Shown: positions 63,543 through 64,000 of the stretch, piece after piece
Layout of the letters: the number at the start of each line of letters is the position of its first letter
Position numbering within the stretch: position 1 is the stretch's first letter
From: Nemertoderma westbladi
Lineage: Eukaryota > Animalia > Xenacoelomorpha
Reading direction: 5' to 3'
DNA: 64,000 nucleotides
Assembly: GCA_032718475.1 (NCBI GenBank)
Contig: JAUCBJ010000732.1
Span: forward strand, 63,095 to 127,094
Translations under genes and position numbers: made by a program
Notes under the pieces: generated by a model
What the model saw: the letters and a program-made list of their open reading frames with translations, nothing else
The model's database searches: none
What the model was told of the DNA's origin: nothing

Positions 63543-64000
63543 CTAAGCATCGTCATTGTGTCACCAATAAAGTAAGTTTTGTAGAAATAATCGACAAAGA
63601 TTGCATTTCTAATGCTAATACTAACAATATCTCCGAGAATCTAGCACAATATCCGAGAATCTAGCACAATATCAACAAGAAATTCACAATCAAAGCGACC
63701 TCACTGTATTTTTTATTATGAAATATTAAATTAAGGCGTTATTACTTTTAAAATACAACTAAAATTTAAATAGTACTAAAAATTTAAAATACTATAAATT
63801 AAATTAAAATTATAAAATAAAATAAACTAAAAATTATTTTTTTACACATTTCTTGTATATATTCCTTGACTTTTCCCTGATTTATCCAATTTTTACTAGA
63901 ATTCCATGTAATTTCAAGAAAAAATGAAATTCCCTGACTATTCCAGTCCAGAATGAGTGGCAATCCTGTTAGTGCCAGTATAGAGATTGTGCTGTATATT

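Noticed and set aside
63238-63543. Stand-alone purM-like gene starting at GTG 63543
   Set aside because: The GTG overlaps a CTTAG acceptor and the ORF tail is intron read-through. It is better explained as an internal exon of trifunctional GART.

Overview
AT-rich eukaryotic genomic DNA, almost certainly animal: GT-AG introns, AIRS fused to GAR transformylase as in trifunctional GART, BEL/Pao and RTE remnants, and a tRNA-derived SINE. Left to right it holds (1) the 5' part of a short-type ABCC/MRP4-like transporter on the minus strand, running off the left edge; (2) about 13 kb of decayed transposons: an RTE fragment, a MITE, two BEL/Pao remnants, a possible Polinton-like integrase relic and a TTAA-flanked piggyBac-type non-autonomous element; (3) a 5.6-kb 29-bp satellite; (4) a single 4.3-kb exon encoding a divergent CKAP5/XMAP215 (ch-TOG) TOG5 plus C-terminal region, with about 28 inserted 14-aa repeats; (5) a foldback-like element holding a SINE with an internal 63-bp minisatellite; and (6) six exons of GART on the minus strand. 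The most striking feature is that two GART introns are filled with tandem copies of their own splice sites. One has about 33 in-frame copies of 'last 12 codons + GTAAGT donor'. The other has about 408 copies (27.8 kb) of 'branch point + TTTAG acceptor + GT', which resemble recursive-splicing AG|GT sites. I could not find the terminal GART exon. All calls come from reading the sequence by eye; no searches were run.
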